A stretch of DNA of 64,000 nucleotides from an uncultured Candidatus Saccharibacteria bacterium (GCA_965231155.1 OZ246418.1:42266-106265), one strand, 5' to 3'. Counted from the first letter of the stretch, positions 9,163 to 19,827 are shown. Notes: generated from the sequence alone by a model not told the origin. Made by a program: numbers and translations.

Positions 9163-10952
9163 GTAACTTCGCTATTATAGCATTGCTCACAGTAGATAAT
9201 CTCGGGGCGATCTGGCGCGTAAGAAGTCTGGAAAGTGTTCAGACATTGGGCATCTCCGTGAAAATGAGGCGAGGTATTCGCGAAGGCACCGTTTGAAGAC
9301 CAGGAGCCACTACACTGACACTGTCGTGAATAAAGCGCCAATGGATTTCTCCAGCTGATCCGGTCCACATGACGACAGTTAAAACAAAGTCGTGGCAGCG
9401 GTAGTTGCATCTGACGATAAAATGCGAGTTCTTCAGGCGTGATACGAAAAGCCGTAGTGCAGTTAGAACCACACATACCAGAGTGATTATTTATTTCATC
9501 GTGCATGCAATGAATAATCTCTTTCACTATCGAGTCATCCACCCCGGAAATAGTTTCAGGTAGGTCTTTTGATTCTTTCGTTATCTGATACTCTCTTTTT
9601 TTAGAAGCTTGCCAGCGATAGCCTTGTTCTTCGACTTCTTTTTGTGTGAGGGGAAAATATTCTTGCCCCTGGCTTTCGTTATATCCTATGGGATTTATAT
9701 CGAGCGGAAAAAACTCGCCATACTTATACGTTCTTCCTTTCGAATCGACGTAGGGCATCTCACTCATATGCTTGATAATTCTCGGCACAAGCTCTTCGTA
9801 TTCTTCTTTAGAATACTGCTTATTAAGAACGCAGTACTGCTTACTTTTTAAGCCAACAGAACCAAAGACGTTGCTCACACTTTTGCAGTCCATGATATAC
9901 TGGGAGTCTGTTGCCGTCTCACAGTTCACAGTAAAAAAAGATCGATGAAGACCAAGTCCCGAACAGGAAGTTTCATAAGCAAGCTCCGCATCAACTCCAG
10001 TTGATGTTATATCCATGCAGTCCTTGATAGGGTCAAAGATGATACTCTGGGAGTATGCGCAATTTTGAGCTTCGTTTGCAAAATAACAGTTCTTGAGCTC
10101 GGAGGAGTTATAAATGTAATCCCCCTTACACCCCGCATCCTTTACGCCATGTCGGAAACGAACCGGATTTTTTATCCAAAACTCTTCCGCTTGTTTTCGA
10201 GCTTGATGTACTCCCTCTCGAGATTTCAAGTCGAACTCCTCTAGCTTCTTAACATACCCTTCTTTTGAATAAGGCTGGTTGAAAATATAATAATTTTTAT
10301 TTCGAAGACCACTGCAACCAAAACAGTTAGAACAACCAACACAATCCTGACTCAGCCACACATCACTGCACGAGTTACAGTTTCGGGAATAGAAAGTCTT
10401 ATAGCATTGCGTAAGGTTGATAGAGTAGTAACAAAGCTCTGAATATTTGGTATTAATGGTATCAAAGCAGTTCTTTGCCTTCTGCAAAGTCACGTTATAG
10501 GCACTATCCTCACACTCACCTGAATCAAAACACATATACGAGTTTTTCATGTCTAATCCTTGACCATACTCGCTATTCACACTGTTCGTATTAAATACGC
10601 TCATCGTCGGAACTTTGAAGTAGAGCTCTTTAAACTGCGCAAAAAATGGTCGAGAAAAATCATAGTCAACGCCATATTCTAAAGAATCCCACGCATCACT
10701 GATCCAGTACTGCCGATCATAGACAGGCATCGGCGCGTCCTCGGGAATTAGTGAGAATATTTTTTTACCAGTGGCGTCACACACACGTTCATGCAATGTG
10801 CGCATATTCCGAAATGACATTCGTCGCATCGCGCGGCACCGCCAACACCAGGTCGGCGGTGGAACCTCAATTTTCTTATAGAAATCAAAATCGGCGGGTT
10901 CGATTACAAAATCTAATTTGCAATTCTGACAGCTGCGTGTTTCTAAGTTCAT
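9159..10952 (-). CDS. Cys-rich CPR-type hypothetical protein, paralog 2
   Basis: Same motifs as 7381..9162; ATGA coupling. Confidence 0.85.
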   Translation of the reverse strand: MNLETRSCQNCKLDFVIEPADFDFYKKIEVPPPTWCWRCRAMRRMSFRNMRTLHERVCDATGKKIFSLIPEDAPMPVYDRQYWISDAWDSLEYGVDYDFSRPFFAQFKELYFKVPTMSVFNTNSVNSEYGQGLDMKNSYMCFDSGECEDSAYNVTLQKAKNCFDTINTKYSELCYYSINLTQCYKTFYSRNCNSCSDVWLSQDCVGCSNCFGCSGLRNKNYYIFNQPYSKEGYVKKLEEFDLKSREGVHQARKQAEEFWIKNPVRFRHGVKDAGCKGDYIYNSSELKNCYFANEAQNCAYSQSIIFDPIKDCMDITSTGVDAELAYETSCSGLGLHRSFFTVNCETATDSQYIMDCKSVSNVFGSVGLKSKQYCVLNKQYSKEEYEELVPRIIKHMSEMPYVDSKGRTYKYGEFFPLDINPIGYNESQGQEYFPLTQKEVEEQGYRWQASKKREYQITKESKDLPETISGVDDSIVKEIIHCMHDEINNHSGMCGSNCTTAFRITPEELAFYRQMQLPLPRLCFNCRHVDRISWRNPLALYSRQCQCSGSWSSNGAFANTSPHFHGDAQCLNTFQTSYAPDRPEIIYCEQCYNSEVT

Positions 10953-11215
10953 AGAATTTGGAAATCTTTATAATGCTTATGCTCAGCATTTTCGACTTCA
11001 ATCTTCTCGACTCGCGCCTCTCGCGGGCCTTTCTTACACCAAGCAATAAACAAATCCAACTGATCATCATCTCCTTCAACTTCGGCCAAAACTGAACCGT
11101 CTGGCATATTCTTTACATAACCAAACACGCCAATAACTTCTGCCATCTTCTTCGTTGTGTCCCTAAAGAAAACATCCTGGACCTTGCCGTATACTTTAAT
11201 AACGAGATGGTTCAT
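10949..11215 (-). CDS. acyP: Acylphosphatase
   Basis: VYGKVQDVFFR...GYVKNMPDGSV...GP..ARV; the canonical QGV is QDV here. Confidence 0.85.
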   Translation of the reverse strand: MNHLVIKVYGKVQDVFFRDTTKKMAEVIGVFGYVKNMPDGSVLAEVEGDDDQLDLFIAWCKKGPREARVEKIEVENAEHKHYKDFQIL

Positions 11216-11220
11216 AGCTC

Positions 11221-12993
11221 TTATACGATTTCGGCATTATAACACTGCTCGCAATACACTATCTCTGGGCGATCTGGGGTGTAGGTCGTTTCAAATTTAT
11301 TCAGGCATCGTCCACCGACATGAGAGGTGTGCTCTTTAGAATTCCTAAAAACTTTGCCATCACATACGCACTGACGACTACAAAGCTTGAATTTATTCCG
11401 CTCTCCAAGACGCTCGTAGTGGCGGCAATTGACGCATAGTTCAGGAATGGGGACACCAAGCTTCTTTAACAATTGAAGCTCTGGAGCGATTAGACGAAAT
11501 ACCTTGGTGCATTGATGATTACAAACTCCTTCATGTCGACACTGAATCAGTTCCTGAAGAATACCCTGGTCCACCTCTTGGATTGATGTAGGGATCTGTG
11601 AAAACTTCATCGTAAAAGTATTCGACTTATCCTTTGCCTCACGCCATATATATCCTCTCTTAACCGCCTCCTCCTTATCTAACGGAAAATATTCTTGAGC
11701 GATGGTTTCGTTGTAGGCAAAAAAAGACATCTCCATAGGGAAAAATTCACCGTAACGATATTCTTTCTTGTGTGAATCAACATATGGCATAGCCATCATA
11801 TGTTCTTTGATCTTTGGCAGAATAGCTTCATATTCTTCTTTGGAATACTGCTTATTCAGAATGCAGTACTGTTTATTCCGAATACCTACGGACCCAAAAC
11901 AATGCGGAGAATTTCGCACAAAATAACAATACTGAGTATCGTAGCTTTCCCAAACATTACCGCAAAAAGCGACATTATGAACCTTAAGTCCGGTATCCAT
12001 AATGTCGTAACTTGATTCAACGAGACCTACGGCGTAAGCGTCATAGAGATCTCTCATCTCAGTCACACCATAGACTAGAAAGCGCGAGTTCTCAGCAGGA
12101 CCTTCCACATCGAAACAATCCTTACAGTCTTTCACGCCATTCAGGTAATCTCCAGTAGAGTTGACGGCTCGACGAGAGTTAGAGAACTTTCTAGGCCGAG
12201 TAAGTAATAATTCTCGGAAACGCTTCTCCACGATAGCCCGACCTGTTTTAGTGTCTAGACGAAGTTCTTTAACTTTTTCCTTGTATTCTTCAGGAGAAAA
12301 CTGCTGATTGAAAATTGAATGTTTGGCGTTTCTTAACCCTACACAACCAATACAATCCTGAGAATTACGGCAGTCATAGCAATATTTTGAATTGATACAT
12401 CCCTCAGAAAGAATGAGGTGATCACTCTCGTAGCAAGCCTCCGAATCAACCAGTTGGTAACAGTGTTCATTTTTCCTAGAACCAAGCATATCAAAACAAT
12501 CTTTGTTTTCGATTGAGTGGTAGAGATACGCCGTGTCTTCGTTCATGTCACTCGCAAAATTCAGATAGCAGTTTTTTGATTCATAGGTAAAGTTGCAATA
12601 ATCGCTTTGAACATCGCTAATGTTAATGAGTGAGATAAGCGGGACTGAGTTTAGAAGCTCTTTCCATTGCTCAAAAAAAGGCCTCGAGAAATCATACTCA
12701 CGCCCATACTGCATAGGATCCCACTCGTCGCTCCACCAGTATTTTGTATCGTATACAGGAATAGCGAGCTCTGGCGGATACATAGTAATAATGGATTCCC
12801 CATGACCCGGAGCATCACATTTTCGCTTATAGAGATTCCTCTCATTCCTCCAGGTTAAACGGCGCATCAAACGACAGTCCGGACAAAAAGTCGGTGGTGG
12901 CACCTGCATTTTTTTGTAGAAATCAAAATCGACTGACTCTATCGTAAATTCTTGTTTACAGTTCTGACAGTTTTTTACTTCTTTTTCGGCCAT
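11221..12993 (-). CDS. Cys-rich CPR-type hypothetical protein, paralog 1
   Basis: Same architecture as the two downstream paralogs. Confidence 0.85.
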   Translation of the reverse strand: MAEKEVKNCQNCKQEFTIESVDFDFYKKMQVPPPTFCPDCRLMRRLTWRNERNLYKRKCDAPGHGESIITMYPPELAIPVYDTKYWWSDEWDPMQYGREYDFSRPFFEQWKELLNSVPLISLINISDVQSDYCNFTYESKNCYLNFASDMNEDTAYLYHSIENKDCFDMLGSRKNEHCYQLVDSEACYESDHLILSEGCINSKYCYDCRNSQDCIGCVGLRNAKHSIFNQQFSPEEYKEKVKELRLDTKTGRAIVEKRFRELLLTRPRKFSNSRRAVNSTGDYLNGVKDCKDCFDVEGPAENSRFLVYGVTEMRDLYDAYAVGLVESSYDIMDTGLKVHNVAFCGNVWESYDTQYCYFVRNSPHCFGSVGIRNKQYCILNKQYSKEEYEAILPKIKEHMMAMPYVDSHKKEYRYGEFFPMEMSFFAYNETIAQEYFPLDKEEAVKRGYIWREAKDKSNTFTMKFSQIPTSIQEVDQGILQELIQCRHEGVCNHQCTKVFRLIAPELQLLKKLGVPIPELCVNCRHYERLGERNKFKLCSRQCVCDGKVFRNSKEHTSHVGGRCLNKFETTYTPDRPEIVYCEQCYNAEIV

Positions 12994-14081
12994 GGTCGTT
13001 TTAGAGCCTCAATACCCGGCAACTTCTCACCAGCCAAATAAGCTAACATCGCACCTCCACCAGTGGAAACAAAATTAAACGCCTTATCAAGCTTATTCTC
13101 CTTAATGAACATCACCGTCTCTCCACCACCGGCCAATCGAAAGGCTTTTTTATTTTTAGCGATTTCTTTTATCAGAGCACAGGTCCCATACGAAAACTTC
13201 TTTTTTTCGATAAAGCCGAACGGACCGTTCCAGATAATCGTCCCCGCAGTCTTAATTTTCGGGATAAACGATTTTACCGATTGAGGCCCGGAGTCGAGAA
13301 TTCTTTCTTTTTCCCAAATAAAATCTATAGGCAGTAAGAGATTTTTATAACGTGCAATTTCTTTAACCACTGCTCCGGGATCTTCATCGGCCACTGATCC
13401 CTCAATATCAACTCCCCGTTCTCGAAGAATTGTATTGGCTACTGCTCCACCGAGAATAAAGGTGTCGGCTCTCGTTTTAAAATACTTAATAACCGGTAGC
13501 TTGTCGTGTGCTTTTCCGCCTCCAAAAATAATAACCAGTGGCTTCTGGGCACGCCTCATTACATAGGAAAGATGTCCAATTTCTGACTCTAATTCCAGAC
13601 CACCAAAACTTGGTAAAATTTTTGTAATCGCAGATACCGAAGCGTTGGCTCGGTGTGAAACAGCAAAAGCATCATTAACGTAATAATCTGCCAGCGAGCC
13701 CAGTTGCTTAGCCAACTTGATATCATCCTTCTCCTCTCCTTTTAAAAACCTAAGATTCTCCAGTAGGAATATACTTCCTCTTGGGGATCTCTCTATCTCT
13801 TTTTTGATTTCAGCAAAACGAAAATGTGGAATAAAAGAAACTTTTTTCTTCAAAAGTTTCTCTAGATTCTTAGCGTCTTTCTTTAAACTAAATTTTTCAT
13901 CAACCTCCCGTGGACGACCGCGATGGCTCACAATTACAATCTTCGAAGCCTGCTTCAGAAGAAAATGAATAGTTGGTATTGTCGCCTCCATACGCCATTC
14001 GTCTTCGGTATTGAAATCTAAGCGAAGCAGCGCAGTCCCTCCTAGTTTCTCCGGACTGGCTTGCTTCAGATATTTAATCAT
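12975..14081 (-). CDS. pgk: Phosphoglycerate kinase
   Basis: RLDFN, SHRGRP, LLENLRF, VNDAFAVSHR, WNGP.G, STGGGAML. Confidence 0.95.
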   Translation of the reverse strand: MIKYLKQASPEKLGGTALLRLDFNTEDEWRMEATIPTIHFLLKQASKIVIVSHRGRPREVDEKFSLKKDAKNLEKLLKKKVSFIPHFRFAEIKKEIERSPRGSIFLLENLRFLKGEEKDDIKLAKQLGSLADYYVNDAFAVSHRANASVSAITKILPSFGGLELESEIGHLSYVMRRAQKPLVIIFGGGKAHDKLPVIKYFKTRADTFILGGAVANTILRERGVDIEGSVADEDPGAVVKEIARYKNLLLPIDFIWEKERILDSGPQSVKSFIPKIKTAGTIIWNGPFGFIEKKKFSYGTCALIKEIAKNKKAFRLAGGGETVMFIKENKLDKAFNFVSTGGGAMLAYLAGEKLPGIEALKRPWPKKK

Positions 14082-14123
14082 TACGGTTTATTATACTCGA
14101 GGTTTTCTATATAATGAAAAGGT

Positions 14124-15389
14124 ATGGAAAGAAAGCGGATAGTCATTCTGGGAGGGGGGTTCGGCGGTCTCACGACCGCTTTTTCCATATCGAAAGAACT
14201 CCACAGCCTCCGACTCCTCGACTCATATGAACTCGTCCTTATTGATCGGAACGAACATCACACCTTTATTCCCCTCTTATATGAGGTGGCAACTACGGCC
14301 AAAGAGACAGCAAATCTTATTCACCTTCATGACCTGGTCACCCACAACCTGACTGAACTAACCACACACTCATCAATCCGTTTCATTCAGGATGAGGTAC
14401 AAAGAATCTCTCCCAAAGAGGGCCTCATCACCCTGAAGAAAAACGGCACTATGAAAGCTGAATACATTGTCCTGGCCTTAGGCTCAGAAGTGAACTACTT
14501 CAATATTCCTGGACTCAAAGAGTATTCCCTGACACTGAAATCATTTTTCGACGCCATCCATCTTCGAGACGCTATCGTCAATCTGGCCGAAAACAAATCA
14601 GTCATTGAAATAGTGGTGGGTGGGGCAGGACCGACAGGAGTTGAGCTGGCTGGAGAACTCACTAACTGGTGTTCACGCTCACTTGGCTGCCAGCTCCATG
14701 TCACACTCATTGAAGCCCAGCCGAATATTCTTTTCGGCTTTCCTTCCAATATTGCTGGCCGAGCAGAAAGACGCCTCCGCGATCTTGGGGTACATATAAA
14801 AACTCAGGCAAAAATTCTTCAACTATCTACTAAGGAAGTGGAACTGGGAAATGGTGAAAAAATACCGTTTGATCTTTTCGTGTGGAGTGGTGGCGTAAAA
14901 ACTCCCGACCTCCTCCTCAACCTCCCTTTAAAAACTGAGACTCGTGGTAGAATCGAAACCCACGAGACTATGGCCTGTCTTCCGCAAACCCCAGATCTAG
15001 AGCTAGGCTGTATGGTTTACGGTATTGGCGACAATGTCTGTTCTTATGATCCTCGCACCAATAAACCAGTTCCGGCGGTTGCTCCGGCAGCTATCGCACA
15101 AGCAGGCGTGGCCGCGCACAACATTATGCAGGATATTAGAAAAGCAGAAGGTCTGCCCCAAACTATTCGCCGAACGTATATTCCAGCCGACTATCCTTAC
15201 GTCATTCCAGTCGGCGGTAAGTACGTTATTGCAAAAATTGGTCCTATTGTCCTTGCCGGAATCTTCGGCTGGATATTTAAAGGACTTGTCGAGTTCTATT
15301 ATCTCACTTCGATTATGCCGAAATCAAAAGCCTTTCGTGTCTGGATTAAAGGACTCCTCGTTTTTATGAAAAACGACAAGCTAGGATAG
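14124..15389 (+). CDS. ndh: Type II NADH:quinone oxidoreductase family FAD-dependent oxidoreductase
   Basis: ILGGGFGG, PLLYEVAT, VGGAGPTGVELAGE, YGIGD. Confidence 0.82.
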   Translation: MERKRIVILGGGFGGLTTAFSISKELHSLRLLDSYELVLIDRNEHHTFIPLLYEVATTAKETANLIHLHDLVTHNLTELTTHSSIRFIQDEVQRISPKEGLITLKKNGTMKAEYIVLALGSEVNYFNIPGLKEYSLTLKSFFDAIHLRDAIVNLAENKSVIEIVVGGAGPTGVELAGELTNWCSRSLGCQLHVTLIEAQPNILFGFPSNIAGRAERRLRDLGVHIKTQAKILQLSTKEVELGNGEKIPFDLFVWSGGVKTPDLLLNLPLKTETRGRIETHETMACLPQTPDLELGCMVYGIGDNVCSYDPRTNKPVPAVAPAAIAQAGVAAHNIMQDIRKAEGLPQTIRRTYIPADYPYVIPVGGKYVIAKIGPIVLAGIFGWIFKGLVEFYYLTSIMPKSKAFRVWIKGLLVFMKNDKLG

Positions 15390-15402
15390 AGAGTAAGACC
15401 TT

Positions 15403-17775
15403 CTACGCTCTTAAACGACGGTGAATCTCTGATTCGACAACTGCCCGATCGGCACCATACTTCAAACGTGAATACTCTTTCATCTTGGTGGCAAGATCAA
15501 CATCCCCTCCCCGCCAGGAGGTGGTGGAGACTTTCATATTGAATGGTCTGGCCGTCTGACCATTAATCAAAAGTTTCACATGGGCATTTAAGTTGTCGAT
15601 ATTAATAAGGTCATTTTCATCAAAAACAGGAGCGAATTGTTTTGCCAAGAACTCAGCGTCCTGGACGCCAACTCGCATGGCCACCTGGGAACCGACGTTT
15701 CCGAATATTGAATCTCGAATCTTCTCCTCGAGCTGGGCGATAAACTGGTGGGCCACTGTTAAATTGAGACGGTACTTTCTGGCCTCCGAAAGAATGGTGG
15801 AGATCGAATCGGTCGTGAAGTTCTGAAACTCGTCAATGTAAAGATAGAAATCACGACGCTTATTCATATCAGGAATGTCACCACGCGAAAGTGCGGCCAT
15901 CAGAATCTTTCCGGTGAAAATCATACCTAACAAACTAGCATTAATATCACCAATCTTTCCTTTCGAAAGATTAATAATCAGAATCTTTCCAGAATCCATT
16001 ACTTCTCTGAAATTAAAAGCTGACTTCGGCTGACCAATGATTGGACGCATATAATCATTGGCAATGAAGTTGTTAAATTTAGAAGTGATATACGGAGTCA
16101 TGTTTGCTAATGACGCCTCACCACCAGCCTTGGCGGCTTCCTTCTCCCAAAAATCAACAACCACAGGATTTTGAATACGCTGTAATTTTCGTTTTCGAAA
16201 TTCGGTATCTGTAAAAATTCGTGGCACCTCAACCAGGGTCGCGGGCTCATTCGGCATATCTTCCATTAAAAGCAACAAGGCATTCCTCATATACTGTTCA
16301 AACATCGGACCCATTGTTTCGGCCACGAATAATTTATTAAAAATGCTTTGCATCTCGTTTACAATAAACGTCTTCTCCTCTGGACGATCAAAGTTGTAGT
16401 CGATCATATTTAATCCTAATGGTCGTGCCAGATCACCAGGGTTGAAGTAGATAAGATCGTCTAAACGTTCTTTGGGAATATGCTCAATCACATTCTCCGC
16501 CACATCACCGTGAGGATCGATGATCGAAACTCCCCGACCAGCCTTAATATCCTCAATGAGCATACTAGCCAAAAGAGTTGTCTTACCAGTTCCAGTCTGA
16601 CCAACAACATAGACATGACGTCGACGATCTTCCTCCATAATGTAGACAGGATGCTCCTGTCCTCGAAAATTGGTCTGGCCCATTAAAAGTCCTGACTTTG
16701 GCAAATCAGCAGGCGGTGGAGCCTCTTTTGATTTCAACCACTTCACTTTTGGTGTCTCGGTTGTGGAAATGGGAAGATGGTAGAGGCTGGCCAGTTCTTC
16801 GGCATTCAGAATCATAGCTTTTTCTTTATCAAATTTTCGGAAGACATACTGGTGCAAAAGCGCTTGGACATTACGCGGTTTTACAATACGAAAACTATTC
16901 CGTCGTGGACTGGTGAACTGACTAAAGGGAGTAGCGATGCCATCAATAATTTCATCAGCCACACGGGTATTCGGGGCCGAAGCGATAATCCGCACGTTTA
17001 CCATAAATAAAGCTTTTTCAATTTTTTGTTCCAGCATTTTCAACCCCTCCTCGTCGACAAGACGTTCATTTTTCCTACGCTCCCGTCCTTCGGCATCGAG
17101 CGCGTGTTTGATTTCTTTTACGTTCCATGGCGTCTTCTGATGAAACACTTTACTTAAGGACTCTCCTCGTTTCATCTCTTTAATATAATTTTCAACCAGT
17201 CGACGAGAGTCGCTCGGCGCTGGCTGAATAATCACCTGCAAGGCAGCTCCCTCGCCAAGCTCCTGGATTTTTGCGAAGCCGTTCAAAATGCCATCGAACG
17301 CATCGGCGCCAATCTCCTCGTACGTTCGAATGGGAAGCGCAAAAGATTCCTTTTGCTCAAAGAAGGCGGCGGTAGTAATTCCCTGAGCATTGAATACATT
17401 GTAGTCGTCCGGCAAAGGCACCACGCTGGCATTCGTCCAAACTCCCTGGACCTGTTTAATCGCCGCCTCGCTCAACTCTCGAGGAATCGCCATATGAAAA
17501 TGAATCTCTTCGCCAATATGAGGCACCGCTACTTCGAAAACAAATGGAGCACGGAAAGAAGCAAGGGAAGCAAAAAGTTGTTCGGTTTTATTAATTTCTC
17601 GCTTGAAGTCGTCAGATGGCCCGCCTTCTTTTTTTGGTTCACGGGGGATTCTAATTAAGAAAAGTTCGAGAGAAAGGGAGGAGAGGAGGGCCTGAGTCTG
17701 CACTCGACGAAAGATAAAGTATCCCCCCGCAACAAGAATGAGACCGATGAGTAAAATGAGAATTATTTCAATCAT
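15403..17775 (-). CDS. Membrane-anchored VirD4/TraG/HerA-like ATPase (type IV coupling-protein family)
   Basis: N-terminal TM; RRRHVYVVGQTGTGKT, IDPHGD, YIDEFQNF, SEARKY, AHQ. Confidence 0.85.
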   Translation of the reverse strand: MIEIILILLIGLILVAGGYFIFRRVQTQALLSSLSLELFLIRIPREPKKEGGPSDDFKREINKTEQLFASLASFRAPFVFEVAVPHIGEEIHFHMAIPRELSEAAIKQVQGVWTNASVVPLPDDYNVFNAQGITTAAFFEQKESFALPIRTYEEIGADAFDGILNGFAKIQELGEGAALQVIIQPAPSDSRRLVENYIKEMKRGESLSKVFHQKTPWNVKEIKHALDAEGRERRKNERLVDEEGLKMLEQKIEKALFMVNVRIIASAPNTRVADEIIDGIATPFSQFTSPRRNSFRIVKPRNVQALLHQYVFRKFDKEKAMILNAEELASLYHLPISTTETPKVKWLKSKEAPPPADLPKSGLLMGQTNFRGQEHPVYIMEEDRRRHVYVVGQTGTGKTTLLASMLIEDIKAGRGVSIIDPHGDVAENVIEHIPKERLDDLIYFNPGDLARPLGLNMIDYNFDRPEEKTFIVNEMQSIFNKLFVAETMGPMFEQYMRNALLLLMEDMPNEPATLVEVPRIFTDTEFRKRKLQRIQNPVVVDFWEKEAAKAGGEASLANMTPYITSKFNNFIANDYMRPIIGQPKSAFNFREVMDSGKILIINLSKGKIGDINASLLGMIFTGKILMAALSRGDIPDMNKRRDFYLYIDEFQNFTTDSISTILSEARKYRLNLTVAHQFIAQLEEKIRDSIFGNVGSQVAMRVGVQDAEFLAKQFAPVFDENDLINIDNLNAHVKLLINGQTARPFNMKVSTTSWRGGDVDLATKMKEYSRLKYGADRAVVESEIHRRLRA

Positions 17776-17790
17776 GATGAGAGCCTCGAA

Positions 17791-18186
17791 CTACAACACT
17801 CCCCGCTCTTCTAGGTGTGGATATAGTTTCTTCACTAACGCATCATGGAAGGCATCAAGGACAAAGGGGTTGGCCTTTCTGGCTTCACGATCAGCTTTCA
17901 GAATGCCTTGATGAAAAGCGATATCGAGTAAGTATTCCACCTGAAGCTTCGTTTCTGCTGAGGCGTTATCCACATACTGAGGCAAAGGATTCTGTAGGTC
18001 GGTTGGGGTGACCACTGGACCATTGTTCGTATCCGTAAAAGACTGAATAGACTTCTTTAAAAGCGCTTCTCCAGTGAGATGTCTTGTTTCTGGTGCCTCC
18101 TGATGCTTCCCTACTTCACGGGCTAGATGGGTGAGATCATCTTCAAGCGCCTGGTGTTCAAATTCTGGTAGTAATTGTTCAGCCAT
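17791..18186 (-). CDS. Conserved hypothetical protein upstream of the coupling ATPase
   Basis: Clean ORF with C-terminal PFVLDAFHDAL; co-oriented with the ATPase. Confidence 0.7.
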   Translation of the reverse strand: MAEQLLPEFEHQALEDDLTHLAREVGKHQEAPETRHLTGEALLKKSIQSFTDTNNGPVVTPTDLQNPLPQYVDNASAETKLQVEYLLDIAFHQGILKADREARKANPFVLDAFHDALVKKLYPHLEERGVL

Positions 18187-18205
18187 GTTGTTATTATAGT
18201 ATACA

Positions 18206-19825
18206 ATGACTCGTTATATTTTCGTAACTGGTGGCGTCATGTCGGGGATTGGAAAGGGAGTCTCCACAGCCTCTATCGCCCGCCTCTTACAAGACAAAGG
18301 TTTCAAGACGACAGCGGTAAAGATTGATCCCTATGTAAACGTCGATGCCGGTACAATGAACCCTCTCGAACACGGAGAGGTTTTTGTTACCGAGGATGGT
18401 TTAGAGTGTGATCAGGATATTGGTAACTACGAACGATTTCTTGGTACCAATATTTTTCGCGACAACTACATGACCACTGGCCTGGTCTATCAAACTGTTA
18501 TCAACCGCGAACGAAGCCTGGGATACAACGGACAGTGCGTTCAGGTTGTTCCGGCTATCCCTGACGAAGTGATTCGCCGACTGAAAATCGTTGGCCAAAA
18601 ACAGAAAGCTGATTTTGTACTAATCGAAATTGGTGGCACGGTTGGTGAATATGAGAACCTTCTCTTCCTCGAGGCGGCACGCATGCTCAAGTTGCAGAAC
18701 CCCGAGGCGGTGATGTTTGTCCTTGTGAGTTATCTCCCAATCCCCTCGAAGATTGGAGAGATGAAGACCAAGCCAACCCAGCACGCAGTTCGCAACCTGA
18801 ACGGTGCGGGTATTCAGCCAGATATCATCCTCGCTCGTTCAACGGAACCCATTGATGAACCCCGTAAGAAAAAAATTGCCATCTTTTGTAACGTCTCGGC
18901 AGAAGATATCATCTCTGCCCCCGATGTCGATTTTATCTACGACATTCCTCTGAACTTTGAAAAAGAAGGAATTAGTAATCGTATCCTTAAAAAGTTTGGC
19001 CTCAAACCGAAAAAGATAAATGGTCATGAGTGGAAGACTTTCACAGAGTCTATTCATCGCGCTAAAAAACCACTAAAAATTGCTATCGCAGGAAAGTACT
19101 TTACTACAGGGAACTTCACTCTGAGCGACTCTTATCTTTCAGTTATCGAAGCCATCAAACACGCGGCCTGGCGCGTCGGCCGAAAACCAGAGATTCACTG
19201 GATCGATACGGGGGTTTTTGAAAAATCAAAAGCCAATTTAAAACAATTATCTCAGTATGATGGTTTGATTGTTCCGGGAGGCTTCGGCACGCGCGGCATC
19301 GAAGGAAAGATTCTAGCCATTCAGTATGCCAGAGAGAAAAAGATTCCATTCCTGGGGCTGTGTTATGGCCTCCAGTTAGCCGTCGTAGAATTTGCTCGTA
19401 ATGTGGCTGGGCTGAAAAATGCCCACACCACCGAAGTGGATCCAAAAACTCCTTATCCAGTGATTCATATCCTCCCTGAACAGTTAGAGAATCTACAGAA
19501 ACATAATCTTGGGGGCTCAATGAGACTGGGCGCCTATCCTTGCGAGATTAAAAAGAATACCAAGGCTTTCAAGGCGTACGGCCAGGAGTTGATCACTGAA
19601 CGACATCGCCATCGCTATGAAGTGAATAATCAGTATCGCGACTTGATCGAGAAAAAAGGCCTGACGATTTCTGGAATTAATCCAGAGAAAAACTTAGTGG
19701 AGATTATCGAGATCAAAAACCACCCGTTCTTTATGGCCAGCCAGTTCCACCCTGAGTTAAAATCTCGGCCACTGACTCCTCATCCAATGTTTTTGGACTT
19801 CGTGAAAGCAGCAAGTAAGAAATAA
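18206..19825 (+). CDS. pyrG: CTP synthase
   Basis: YIFVTGGVMSGIGKG, KTKPTQH, GLCYG, ERHRHRYE, QFHPE. Confidence 0.98.
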   Translation: MTRYIFVTGGVMSGIGKGVSTASIARLLQDKGFKTTAVKIDPYVNVDAGTMNPLEHGEVFVTEDGLECDQDIGNYERFLGTNIFRDNYMTTGLVYQTVINRERSLGYNGQCVQVVPAIPDEVIRRLKIVGQKQKADFVLIEIGGTVGEYENLLFLEAARMLKLQNPEAVMFVLVSYLPIPSKIGEMKTKPTQHAVRNLNGAGIQPDIILARSTEPIDEPRKKKIAIFCNVSAEDIISAPDVDFIYDIPLNFEKEGISNRILKKFGLKPKKINGHEWKTFTESIHRAKKPLKIAIAGKYFTTGNFTLSDSYLSVIEAIKHAAWRVGRKPEIHWIDTGVFEKSKANLKQLSQYDGLIVPGGFGTRGIEGKILAIQYAREKKIPFLGLCYGLQLAVVEFARNVAGLKNAHTTEVDPKTPYPVIHILPEQLENLQKHNLGGSMRLGAYPCEIKKNTKAFKAYGQELITERHRHRYEVNNQYRDLIEKKGLTISGINPEKNLVEIIEIKNHPFFMASQFHPELKSRPLTPHPMFLDFVKAASKK

Positions 19826-19827
19826 AA

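Noticed and set aside
7381-12993. Diversity-generating retroelement targets
   Set aside because: No reverse transcriptase and no near-identical TR/VR pair with adenine-specific differences was seen; the similarity is ordinary paralogy.
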